A stretch of DNA of 64,000 nt, taken from the NCBI GenBank assembly GCA_965116555.1, contig OZ220698.1, positions 1,240,709-1,304,708 of the forward strand. Reading direction: 5' to 3'. Position 1 is the stretch's first letter. Every line of letters starts with the position of its first letter. The notes under the pieces are model-generated. The model saw only the letters and a list, made by a program, of their open reading frames with translations. It was not told where the DNA came from and did no database searches. Below are positions 1 through 8,602 of the stretch, one piece after another. A program made the position numbers and the translations under genes. This DNA comes from Dehalococcoidia bacterium. GTDB lineage: Bacteria > Chloroflexota > Dehalococcoidia > Lucifugimonadales > QGNO01.

Positions 1-961
1 TGACAGCGGGATTGGCGCTAACCGTTGGCCCCAGAATCTGACACTCAAACCTTGGGGCAGACCTCTCTATCTCGGCAGCAATGGCTGCTAGAACGCGTGG
101 AACCGTCAGCGGATCAGTGAAAATCACCCTGAGTTCGGCATGGCACCGATCCGGCACCAGGCCGGCGCTATCCCCTGCAACCACCTTACCCAGGTTGATC
201 TCACATTGGGAAAGCTCACCTTGGTGAAGACCGTGCACAATTGCCAGGCAAGCTTTCAGGGCGTCGCCGCCGTCACTAAAGCGGGCACTGTCCATCACGC
301 CTTCCTTGGGAATCCCCCGCCAGCCTTTGATCTCCAGTGTGACATCCACTATGCCCCGGCTGGCATTCTCCAGCACCCGCATTCCAAAACCGGTCTCAGG
401 GGGATGAACATATAGGCAAGCGCCCAAGCCGTTTAGTTTCGCCATGACCGGCAGAGTCCCCCGAGCTCCTCCGCCTTTTCCCGCCATGCTGATTACCAGC
501 GGCGCTTCACCAGTTGCCTGATAAACAGCCGCCGCTGCCACCAACATGGCCGCTAGACCTCCCTTGTCGTCGGCGGCGCCCAGTCCATACATTCGCCCAT
601 CACGCACAAAGGGCTCGGTAGGGTTAGAGTGCCAGCCCTCACCTGGATATTCCGTGTCCACGTGGGCATACAATGCCAGAGGAGCCGCCGCCAAATTATG
701 AGGGCGTGCCACCAGATTCACCGGCGACTCCTTACCGGGCGGCAAGGGCCAGGTAAACTCCGGGTGCTCCCTGTACGATTCGGGGTCATCCGTTGATAAC
801 TCTACGGAGAAGCCGTGGCGCTGGAGATATCCCGCCACTACCTGCTGGGCTTCGGCTGTAGAGCTGCCGTACAGGCTCGGCGTCAAAATCAACTCGGAGA
901 GAAGGTCCAACAGCTCTGAACGCCGACTTTCTGCCAATTTCAAAGCCGTATCTCTGTCCAT
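1..961 (-). CDS. M20-family metallopeptidase/deacylase (ArgE/DapE/CPG2-like); C-terminus lies beyond the window edge
   Basis: My reverse-strand translation from the ATG at 959-961 (GGAGG 7 nt upstream) reads MDRDTALKLAESRR... and stays open to position 1. It contains the M20 hallmark GAADDKGG. It is absent from the ORF track, presumably because no stop lies inside the window. Confidence 0.7.
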   Translation of the reverse strand, partial: MDRDTALKLAESRRSELLDLLSELILTPSLYGSSTAEAQQVVAGYLQRHGFSVELSTDDPESYREHPEFTWPLPPGKESPVNLVARPHNLAAAPLALYAHVDTEYPGEGWHSNPTEPFVRDGRMYGLGAADDKGGLAAMLVAAAAVYQATGEAPLVISMAGKGGGARGTLPVMAKLNGLGACLYVHPPETGFGMRVLENASRGIVDVTLEIKGWRGIPKEGVMDSARFSDGGDALKACLAIVHGLHQGELSQCEINLGKVVAGDSAGLVPDRCHAELRVIFTDPLTVPRVLAAIAAEIERSAPRFECQILGPTVSANPAV

Positions 962-1029
962 GACGTTGCCTCCTCTGTCATTCGCCGGTCGCTGTAACTG
1001 CTGAGTGCTTAGAGCATTCGCGTCCCTGG

Positions 1030-2070
1030 TCAGACGCCGATCTGCATCTTCATCCAGCGGGAAGTGTTGTGGAAATCGACAACAGCGCTGCCCGGAGGGA
1101 CTAGCTCGTCACAGGCGGCTCGCAGATCGTCACTTAGGCTCATATCTAACACGGGAATTAGCGGTTCAAGGTGCTGCAGCGTTCGCGGGCCAATCAGCGG
1201 GGCCGTTATTCCTGGTTGATCTTTGCACCAAAGGACCGCCAGCTGGGCCGCGCTCAGCCCGGCGTCCGCCGCCAGCGTCGAGAATGCACGCCCAACCTCG
1301 ACGCCGCGTTGGGTAACACGATCAGCGTAAAAGCCGCCACGCAAGTCTGCCCGAGACCCCTCCGGGTAATCGGTGCCTGAGCTATAGCGGCCGGCCAGCA
1401 CGCCCATGCCCATTGGCGCCCAATTGATCAGGCCAAGCCCCCACTTCTGAGCCATTGGAACCAGCTCGTTCTCGATACGCCGGTCGAGCAGATTATACGG
1501 TGGCTGCTCCGTGACATACCGGGCCCACCCCTTCGATTCGCTTACCATTATCGCTTCCATGACCTTCCACGCTGGGTGGGTGGAACAACCTATATAACGC
1601 ACCTTGCCTTGCCTAACCAAGTCATTGAGCGCGCCCAACGTCTCGTCTACCGGGATGTCAAAAGATGGACGATGGACCTGATAGAGGTCAATATAATCGG
1701 TCTGTAGGCGCTTCAATGACGCCTCACAGGCACGGATGACGTTGAGCCGCGATTGACCGTACTCGTTGGGTCCGAGGACTTCTCTGTAATCCTCCAGCCT
1801 AAAGCCAACTTGCCGTCGACCGGAATCCACTTTGGTTGCGATCAGGACCTCGTGCCGCCTTCCATTCTTCTTCAAAATGCGACCGATGACCCGCTCGCCG
1901 TCACCGTCCGCGTAGACGTCGCCGGTATCCAGTAGATTGATACCGGCATCCATTGCAGCGGTGAGGATCTTTTCGCACTCGTCCTCAGGTGTCGGATCCA
2001 TAAAATTGTCAGTGCCAAGGCAAAGCGGAGATACATTGGCGCCGGTCCGGCCAAGCGAGCGATATTCCAT
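1030..2070 (-). CDS. aldo/keto reductase family oxidoreductase
   Basis: 346-aa ORF. MEYRSLGRTGANVSPLCLGTDNF, LDTGDVYADG and LIATK are typical AKR landmarks. Confidence 0.8.
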   Translation of the reverse strand: MEYRSLGRTGANVSPLCLGTDNFMDPTPEDECEKILTAAMDAGINLLDTGDVYADGDGERVIGRILKKNGRRHEVLIATKVDSGRRQVGFRLEDYREVLGPNEYGQSRLNVIRACEASLKRLQTDYIDLYQVHRPSFDIPVDETLGALNDLVRQGKVRYIGCSTHPAWKVMEAIMVSESKGWARYVTEQPPYNLLDRRIENELVPMAQKWGLGLINWAPMGMGVLAGRYSSGTDYPEGSRADLRGGFYADRVTQRGVEVGRAFSTLAADAGLSAAQLAVLWCKDQPGITAPLIGPRTLQHLEPLIPVLDMSLSDDLRAACDELVPPGSAVVDFHNTSRWMKMQIGV

Positions 2071-2203
2071 AGTTTGCGCCTCCCTTATTGTTCGGTTACC
2101 ACGTCGCTATTGGGTGATTCGGTTTCTAGGCAAAGTTCTCCAAGGATCATTGCCCCTTGCTGGATGCAGGCCAAGACAGACCGTTCATACACGGCCACGC
2201 TGG

Positions 2204-3724
2204 TTACCCTTGCTGGCTTATAAGAGCGTCGATCGCGCTTTCCAGCTTGCTGGCTGCCACTTGCAACTGCTCATCAGCGGATTCTGCCCATTTCTCGTCT
2301 GCCTCTAGCTGTGCGTAATATTCGGGAAGCCGGCGTCGTGATTCCTCGGGTGACGGGCCGCCGTACAGCACACGCCTATCAACAAATTTGGAGGGATCCA
2401 GCGCTTCCTCAAGAAGCTCCTGACTCAAGCCTACGGTCTCTCCATAGTAAGCCATTGCCGCCTCGTCCAGCATTTCCGAGGTGACATCTCTGGGATGGAT
2501 GCCCCTTTCATCGCTGAACCGCACAAGCACGCCCACAATTTGATGAGCCGTGCGCCAAGGAAGCCCTTTTTCCGCCACCAGCATCGCGGCCACGTCGGTA
2601 CCTTGTGCCCAGTAGGCTCCTGCCATTTCCTCCATTCGCTCCCTCTTTATTTCCATCGCAGGTATCAGATCGGTAAACCAGCCCATCGCCTGCGCGACCC
2701 TGTCAAAGGCACGGTGCAGCGACGCCCCGCCGTCGGTGGTGAACTCTCCGCCGGAATAGTTCTGTCCGCCATATGTAGTCACCACTCCGCCTATGGTCTC
2801 CTCAGACGAAGCTCGCACTGTGCTGAAGATTGACGGGTTCCTCTTCTGCATCATTATGCTGCTGGTGCTGCAGAAGCGGTCGGGTATGTCCACGTACCCC
2901 GCCTCAGAAGTGAACCAGAAATTGATGTCATTTGCCCATTTGGACAAGCTCAGGTGCACGCCTGCCGCCACCATGATGGTCTCCACCGCGTCGTCCTCAA
3001 AAATGATGGAGTCAAAAGTGTTTCTGAGCACGCCTTCAAAGCCAAGGAGTTCCCCAACACGATGCCTGTTTAACAGAAAGCTGGAGCCGGTCATTATGGC
3101 CGCGCCGGCTGGGCTCTGGTTCACCCTATGGTAGGCATCGGTGGCTCGCTGGAAGTGCCGCTCCAGCACTGACCCCCACGCCATGAGCTGATGACCCAAG
3201 GTGACCGGCTGGGCGTGCTGGCTTCCCGTGTAGCCGGGCATTACGACGTCCAGGTTCTGTTCCGCCGTTGCCAAGATCGCTCTTCTCAACCGGTTGATGC
3301 CCTTCAAGAGTTCCCCTAACCGGTCGCGCTCCCGAATCCGACGCCACACCGCTCCCAGGTCTCCTGAGCTTCTCCCCAGGTGAATGCGCCCGCCTACGTC
3401 GTAGCCCAAGCGACGGATCAGGTATTTCTCCCCAGAGTGCATGCCTCCTTCGATCTCCTGGCGGACCTCAGCCATACCCTCTTGCTCCATTTCTCTAAGC
3501 GACTTCAGCATGGCAACTGCGTCTTGGCGAGGTATCAGATCTTCCTCGGCCAGCATCACCAGATGCGCCTTATCAAACATGTGGTAGGCGTCCAGCGACG
3601 CTGTATCTGCGGAGCCGCCCACACCCAGAGCAAAGGGTCCTCCAAGGCCCGGCAGCATGGGCTCGTTTAACCTAATGCCTGGAGAGCGAGGGCCATCGTA
3701 TTCTGTGTGGGGCTTCCTCAACAT
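2204..3724 (-). CDS. fumarate-lyase superfamily enzyme, argininosuccinate-lyase-like
   Basis: 506-aa ORF with the lyase-1 signature variant TSSIMMQKRNP (canonical GSSxMPxKxN). Overall layout is ArgH-like. Confidence 0.7.
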   Translation of the reverse strand: MLRKPHTEYDGPRSPGIRLNEPMLPGLGGPFALGVGGSADTASLDAYHMFDKAHLVMLAEEDLIPRQDAVAMLKSLREMEQEGMAEVRQEIEGGMHSGEKYLIRRLGYDVGGRIHLGRSSGDLGAVWRRIRERDRLGELLKGINRLRRAILATAEQNLDVVMPGYTGSQHAQPVTLGHQLMAWGSVLERHFQRATDAYHRVNQSPAGAAIMTGSSFLLNRHRVGELLGFEGVLRNTFDSIIFEDDAVETIMVAAGVHLSLSKWANDINFWFTSEAGYVDIPDRFCSTSSIMMQKRNPSIFSTVRASSEETIGGVVTTYGGQNYSGGEFTTDGGASLHRAFDRVAQAMGWFTDLIPAMEIKRERMEEMAGAYWAQGTDVAAMLVAEKGLPWRTAHQIVGVLVRFSDERGIHPRDVTSEMLDEAAMAYYGETVGLSQELLEEALDPSKFVDRRVLYGGPSPEESRRRLPEYYAQLEADEKWAESADEQLQVAASKLESAIDALISQQG

Positions 3725-3825
3725 GGTGCACCTCAGTCGTTCTTAAAAGAGATTACGGAAGTCGCACTATCTTACTTGAAAACTAAGCACTCCGCCATTA
3801 GACCTGTAATCGATGGTGTATTCCC

Positions 3826-3855
3826 TTGACAAGCTGTAAACCGTGTGAGTAGTAT
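3826..3855 (+). promoter_or_regulatory. candidate sigma70-type promoter for the binding-protein gene
   Basis: TTGACA (3826-3831), 18-nt spacer, TAGTAT (3850-3855), about 125 nt upstream of the ATG at 3979. Confidence 0.45.
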
Positions 3856-3978
3856 CCGTGTTGCGGCCATTCAAGCACCAAACACAATATTCCCACGCTC
3901 AATTTTTCTATTACGATAAGGGATAGGGGGTTGGTGTGAATGACTAGCACATGCTTCAGAATCGTAAGGGGTGGATCT

Positions 3979-5850
3979 ATGCAGTATACAAAAATAGCTA
4001 GAAGATTGAGTGGCGCACTGGTAGCATTAGCTTTGCTAGGCGTCATGGCATGCGGCGGCGCGGAGGAGGCGACACCGACTCCTTCAGCTCCTACGGTGCC
4101 CAGCCCGACGCCTACGGTGCCCAGCATCGTTGCTCCTACGGTTGCACCTCCTACTCCTACAGCTGCCCCCGGCGAGGTAGTGGCAGCGCCCACGGCTACC
4201 AACACTCCTACGGCAGTTCCTGTAGGAGACCAGCCGAAGTACGGAGGGGTAATTAATATAGCGGGTGAGAACGCCGAATACATTGACCCGTTCCATATCC
4301 GCTCTAACTGGAACTGGTACAACTTCGGGAACACCTGGGGCCAGTTGATCCGTATTGATCCTCGCGACCGAGTTTCCCTTCAAGATGATCTGGCCGATAG
4401 TTGGGAGCTCAGCGAAGACGGATTGACCTGGAAGTTCCATATCCGCGATGGAATCGTAGATCACGAAGGCGGCACTTTCACCGCCGAAGACGCTCGCTGG
4501 AACATAATCCGCATAAAGGAGAAGCCCAACGGAGTCCCCGGACGCCGCCAGGGATGCATGCGAGAGTTTGTAAGCGATATCCTGGATGACAACGGCAACG
4601 TGGTGGCCAACCCCGGCGCCGAGGTCACAGGCCCCAACGAGTTGACTGTCCGGTTGGTGGCGCCGCGCGGCGCGTTCGTAGGATGCGTGACTTCCGCATT
4701 CATGCAGTTCCAACCCTCCAAGTACACCAGGGCCATTGACACTGCGCCTGGTGGAGTGTACAGAGACCTGGATTTCACGAAGGGTGAGGTTATTGGCACC
4801 GGACCCTTCAAAGTAGTAGACCATGCTTTGGAAAACTTCGTGAAGACAGAACGGCATGAAGCTTACTATCGTGAGGGGTTGCCGTACCTGGATGGTTATA
4901 ATGAGTTTGAAATCCTGGATCCAGCTACCAGAACCGCTAACTTCATCTCCGGACGCGTTGACGCCTTCCCGTTGTTTGGAGCTCCTAAGAGACCGGACGT
5001 GGAACGGATGGTCGCGGAACTTGGGGCCGACAACGTGAAGTTCAGCCGTGTTCCCGCCGTTGGAATGAGGGTGCTCCAACTCAATACGCGGAAGCCTCCC
5101 TTCGGCCCCGTGGGCGACTCCGTGGCGGACGACATTCGATGGGCCATTCAGTTGACCCTAAACAGGGACAATATTAACAAGCTGGCCTTTGACGGCATCG
5201 GTTTCCTGGCGCCGCCGTACTACATTGGATGGGAGTGGATTTTCACGGAACAGGAGTGGTTCGATCAGTTCCCCGGCTTGGACTCCTCTCCGGATGTAAA
5301 GGCCCAGCACATCGCCGAGGCCAAGGCGTTGATGGAGAGCCATGGATTCGGTCCGGATAACTTCCTCACCATCCCCTCCTATTTGACCAGCGCCAGCGGC
5401 AAGAACGAAAGCGAGGTCATTGCAGACCAGCTAAAAGAGATCTACATCGATCTCAAGATACTTGTGCAGCAGTCCGGCCTCATAAGTGACGCGATTGAAA
5501 ATGGTGACTTCGATATAACTCGGCAGAGCCGGGGAGCTCCATTCCCGGACCCCGACGCATTCAACATATCTCTCTACTTCCAGAATAAAGACGGCGGCTT
5601 CAACTACACAGGATGGGAGAATCCCAAGTGGAGAGAGCTGTACGAGCAGGAAGTTATTCTGGATTCAGAAGAAGCGCGGGCTCCGCTGCTGAGAGAGATG
5701 GCCACAATCATGTATCATGACGCCACGCTGATCAACTATATCCGCCCAGGCCTAATGTACACGCATCGAGGCAACTGGCGTGGCTACACCTTCCCTATTC
5801 ACCACGTTATGAACGCCTCTCTGGAGTACACCTGGCTGGCTGATCAGTAG
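3979..5850 (+). CDS. ABC transporter substrate-binding lipoprotein, family 5 (Opp/Dpp/Nik-type) with a Pro/Thr-rich tether
   Basis: ORF 3940-5850. The preferred start is the ATG at 3979 (AGGGG upstream), giving signal plus lipobox LLGVMAC. A PT-rich linker follows, then a family-5 SBP body that is paralogous to the partial SBP at 62630-64000. Confidence 0.8.
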   Translation: MQYTKIARRLSGALVALALLGVMACGGAEEATPTPSAPTVPSPTPTVPSIVAPTVAPPTPTAAPGEVVAAPTATNTPTAVPVGDQPKYGGVINIAGENAEYIDPFHIRSNWNWYNFGNTWGQLIRIDPRDRVSLQDDLADSWELSEDGLTWKFHIRDGIVDHEGGTFTAEDARWNIIRIKEKPNGVPGRRQGCMREFVSDILDDNGNVVANPGAEVTGPNELTVRLVAPRGAFVGCVTSAFMQFQPSKYTRAIDTAPGGVYRDLDFTKGEVIGTGPFKVVDHALENFVKTERHEAYYREGLPYLDGYNEFEILDPATRTANFISGRVDAFPLFGAPKRPDVERMVAELGADNVKFSRVPAVGMRVLQLNTRKPPFGPVGDSVADDIRWAIQLTLNRDNINKLAFDGIGFLAPPYYIGWEWIFTEQEWFDQFPGLDSSPDVKAQHIAEAKALMESHGFGPDNFLTIPSYLTSASGKNESEVIADQLKEIYIDLKILVQQSGLISDAIENGDFDITRQSRGAPFPDPDAFNISLYFQNKDGGFNYTGWENPKWRELYEQEVILDSEEARAPLLREMATIMYHDATLINYIRPGLMYTHRGNWRGYTFPIHHVMNASLEYTWLADQ

Positions 5851-5881
5851 TCTAGTCTTGACAGAGCATCATCGGAATGCA

Positions 5882-5918
5882 GACGGGGCGCTTCTTAGAA
5901 GCGCCCCGTCTTTTTCTT
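5882..5918 (+). terminator. rho-independent terminator
   Basis: Perfect 13-bp stem GACGGGGCGCTTC / GAAGCGCCCCGTC with loop TTA (5882-5910), followed by TTTTTCTT. Confidence 0.85.
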
Positions 5919-5923
5919 GGTAC

Positions 5924-6240
5924 GCTTAGCTATCAGTCCATATCAAGCTCGTGGAGAAAAAGCCGCCTTGGCGCCATAGGAACAACCCAACTGTCACTGC
6001 AGAGCGCCGGAGTACTCCGTGGTTAGTTGTACGGATTTATCTGCCGCGCAGCTTTGGGTCCAACACGTCGCTTAGTGAGTCGCCCATCCCAAACACCACC
6101 AGGGTTAGTGCGGCACCAGGAAAGATGCCAATCCAAGGGGCGACTATAAAATAAGACTGGGATTGCTGGCTGAGCATAGCCCCCCAGGAAATCAACGTCA
6201 GCAGGAGTGCCAATGCCAAAGAAAGCTGAGTGACGCCTCT
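5924..6240 (-). pseudogene. degenerate duplicate of the last ~70 codons of the DppC-like permease
   Basis: The 60-aa ORF at 6037-6219 ends ...ISWGAMLSQQSQSYFIVAPWIGIFPGAALTLVVFGM..GDSLSDVLDPKLRGR, mirroring the C-terminus of the 6353-7249 product. Relative to the intact copy it has a 9-bp deletion and 1-nt indels near its 5' end, and no upstream coding context. Confidence 0.8.
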
Positions 6241-6563
6241 ATGGTTTGGCTTGGCTATCAGTTCGTCTCAAGCGTGTGGTAAGACGCCTTGGCGCCATAG
6301 GAAACCTAGCTATGGCTGCGGAGCCCGGCACTTCGTGGTCAGTCTTGCAGATTTACCTGCCGCGCAGCTTTGGATCCAACACGTCGCGTAGGGAGTCGCC
6401 CAGGACGTTCATCCCAAACACAACCAGCGTTAGCGCGGCGCCGGGAAAGATGCCAATCCAAGGGGCAACTATAAAATAAGACTGGGATTGCTGGCTGAGC
6501 ATAGCCCCCCAGGAAATCACATCGGCGGGAGTGCCAATGCCAAGGAAGCTGAGAGACGACTCT
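5924..6563. repeat. tandem direct duplication (two units of about 315 bp) covering the 3' end of the permease gene plus its downstream sequence
   Basis: 5924-6240 aligns by eye with 6249-6563, from GCTTAGCTATCAG / GCTTGGCTATCAG to GTGCCAATGCCAA(A/G)GAA(A)GCTGAG. There are scattered substitutions and small indels. Confidence 0.85.
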
Positions 6564-7249
6564 ATGATGATCATGAAACCTATCAGCGCGGTGGACACCA
6601 CAAGTAGCGGAGCAAAGGAGTTGGGTAATACGTGTCTAAAAACTATGCGAAAATCGTTGGCGCCTATTGACTTGGCTGCCTCCATATATGGTGTCTCCTT
6701 GATGCTCAAAGCTGCAGATCGGACAACACGGGCTATCCTGGGGGTATAAACAATAGCCACGGCGGCAATTATATTGTTCAACGATGGGCCGAAAGCGGCC
6801 ATCAAAGCTAAAGCAAGGAGCAGTGACGGGAAGGCTGTTGTTCCATCAACAAAGCGCTGTATTACAAGATCCACCTTGCCACCCAAGTGTGCGCTGGTCA
6901 CTCCTATCAGCGCCCCTGCTATGCCGGCAAAAATAACGCCTAGCAAGCCCACTTTCATTGACACACCTGTTCCGTACATAGTACGGCTCAGTATGTCACG
7001 CCCCAACTCGTCCGTACCAAACCAGTAGGTCGCGTTCGGGGACTGCAAGATAGCGTCCACGTTGGTCTTCAGAGGGTCGTGCGGCGCGATTAGTGGCGCG
7101 GCCACGGACACAAAACTGGCAACGAGCAATATAATTACACCGGTAGCGCCCAGTGGCTTACTCAGCATGAAGCGCCGGACTGCCCTGAGCCGCCGGTATA
7201 CGGCGTCTCTTCGCTGAACATCTTCAAGGACTATCTCTTTTTGAACCAC
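6353..7249 (-). CDS. ABC transporter permease, OppC/DppC-type
   Basis: 298-aa multi-TM ORF with a binding-protein-dependent permease core (SIKETPYMEAAKSIGANDFRIVFRHVLPN). Paralogous to 60640-61557. Confidence 0.85.
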   Translation of the reverse strand: MVQKEIVLEDVQRRDAVYRRLRAVRRFMLSKPLGATGVIILLVASFVSVAAPLIAPHDPLKTNVDAILQSPNATYWFGTDELGRDILSRTMYGTGVSMKVGLLGVIFAGIAGALIGVTSAHLGGKVDLVIQRFVDGTTAFPSLLLALALMAAFGPSLNNIIAAVAIVYTPRIARVVRSAALSIKETPYMEAAKSIGANDFRIVFRHVLPNSFAPLLVVSTALIGFMIIIESSLSFLGIGTPADVISWGAMLSQQSQSYFIVAPWIGIFPGAALTLVVFGMNVLGDSLRDVLDPKLRGR

Positions 7250-7294
7250 TATGACTTGTCCTTCAGTTTATCCACTGCCTATCCAAGTCTAAGT

Positions 7295-8254
7295 CTAACC
7301 GTACCGTATGCGGGGGTCTAGGAAACCATACGTCAAATCCACGATCAGGTTTGCCACTAGAGCCACGATTGCGAAGTACATTACGTATATCTCTATCATC
7401 TGAAGGTCCCGGCTGAACATGGACAAGACCAATCCACGGCCTATCCCTGGCAGATTGAAGATAATCTCTATGATCACCGTTCCTGAGAAGAGGCTGCCGA
7501 TGTTGAGTCCGAATACGGTCACTACGGGTATCATGGCGTTGCGGATTGCGTGTCTGCCCAGCACTGCTCTTTCTCTAAGGCCCTTAGCGCGGGCGGTGCG
7601 TATGTAGTCCTCCCGCAATACTTCAAGCATCTGAGCCCGGGTTATGCGCAACATCAGCCCTTGAAAGGTGAAACTGAGGGCTAGGGCCGGGAAAATCAGC
7701 TGCTGGAACCCGTTGATCGGATCATCCAAAATGCCGGTGAACCCCAGAGGGGGCAGCCACTTGAACACGCTGGAAAGAAACAAAACTACCATCAGACCCA
7801 CAAAGAAATTGGGCATGGCTAGGCCTAGAATCGCCATCCCTCTTACTACGTAGTCAACAAAACCATCCTGTTTTAGAGCTGCCAGAATGCCTATTGGAAC
7901 CCCTACTATAGGAACGATAATCAATGCTAGTAGGGCCAGCTGCAACGTTATAGGAAATCTTCTTCCAATTTCGCTGGTCACTGGTCGGCCAAGAAGTACG
8001 GATTCACCCAGGTTCCCGGTCAGTACGTTCGTGATCCAACTCGCGTATTGAATATGAATAGGGTCGTTAAGCCCTAATCGCTCACGCAGTTCCTCCGCTT
8101 CTTCCTGAGTATAGACACCTTCCCCTGTTGGCCCCGACAGCATCGCCTCCGCAGGGTCCCCCGGAATAATGCGCAGGATCACAAAAACGACGATGGATAC
8201 GCCCAGCAAAGTGGGAATAAAGAGAAGAATCCTGCGTGCGATGTATGCTTTCAT
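7295..8254 (-). CDS. ABC transporter permease, OppB/DppB-type
   Basis: ORF 7295-8266. The start is taken at the ATG giving MKAYIARRILLFIPTLLG, which matches the paralogue start MKKYIVKRLLLFIPTLLG at 62553. Contains DYIRTARAKGL. The start is uncertain (alternative TTG at 8266). Confidence 0.85.
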   Translation of the reverse strand: MKAYIARRILLFIPTLLGVSIVVFVILRIIPGDPAEAMLSGPTGEGVYTQEEAEELRERLGLNDPIHIQYASWITNVLTGNLGESVLLGRPVTSEIGRRFPITLQLALLALIIVPIVGVPIGILAALKQDGFVDYVVRGMAILGLAMPNFFVGLMVVLFLSSVFKWLPPLGFTGILDDPINGFQQLIFPALALSFTFQGLMLRITRAQMLEVLREDYIRTARAKGLRERAVLGRHAIRNAMIPVVTVFGLNIGSLFSGTVIIEIIFNLPGIGRGLVLSMFSRDLQMIEIYVMYFAIVALVANLIVDLTYGFLDPRIRYG

Positions 8255-8409
8255 TCCTTGAACCAACGCTCAGCCGCAGGCAACAAGGGTGCGTTCGCTT
8301 CAGGCGTTTTACAAAAGGCTGAACACCAACTCAGAAGGCTCCGCTGCCTGATAAAATCGGGGTGTGACATTTGTTACCCTTAGCATACCCTCAGGTGAGA
8401 TGTCAATCA

Positions 8410-8429
8410 ATACCACCTTTGGGTGGTAT
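8410..8429. promoter_or_regulatory. perfect palindrome, candidate operator in a divergent intergenic region
   Basis: ATACCACC-TTTG-GGTGGTAT (8-bp arms, 4-nt spacer), between the permease operon (-) and the MaoC-like gene (+). Confidence 0.3.
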
Positions 8430-8602
8430 GCTGCGAAAAGTGCCTAGTTCTCCACAGTAGATATCTCTGAGTGATAAGATTGTGGATGTGGTTGCCGGAT
8501 GACTACTGCTTTTGTTGAATGAACAGGAATACGTCATCTAAAATCCATACTGGGACATTTCATTCCACATTGCCACTGTTGCGAGCAGGGAGGCGGACCG
8601 CC

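Noticed and set aside
140-415. 91-aa plus-strand ORF at the window start.
   Set aside because: It lies antisense within the M20 peptidase coding region, which has clear family motifs.
4084-5079. 331-aa ORF antisense to the Opp-type binding-protein gene. Similar long antisense ORFs occur at 18242-19093, 30554-31438, 37710-38471 and 38689-39342.
   Set aside because: Each lies fully inside a well-supported gene on the other strand. Each has an Arg/Gly/Pro/Ser-rich composition with no recognisable motifs. Such ORFs are typical stop-poor antisense frames in GC-rich DNA.
6037-6219. 60-aa ORF that might be a small membrane-protein gene.
   Set aside because: It is the residue of the degenerate duplicated permease 3' end. 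It is frameshifted at its 5' side relative to the parent and has a non-ATG start with no RBS.
5924-6563. The duplication might be a mobile element or an IS remnant.
   Set aside because: There are no terminal inverted repeats, no transposase or integrase coding potential, and no target-site duplication pattern. The repeat content is simply host gene sequence.
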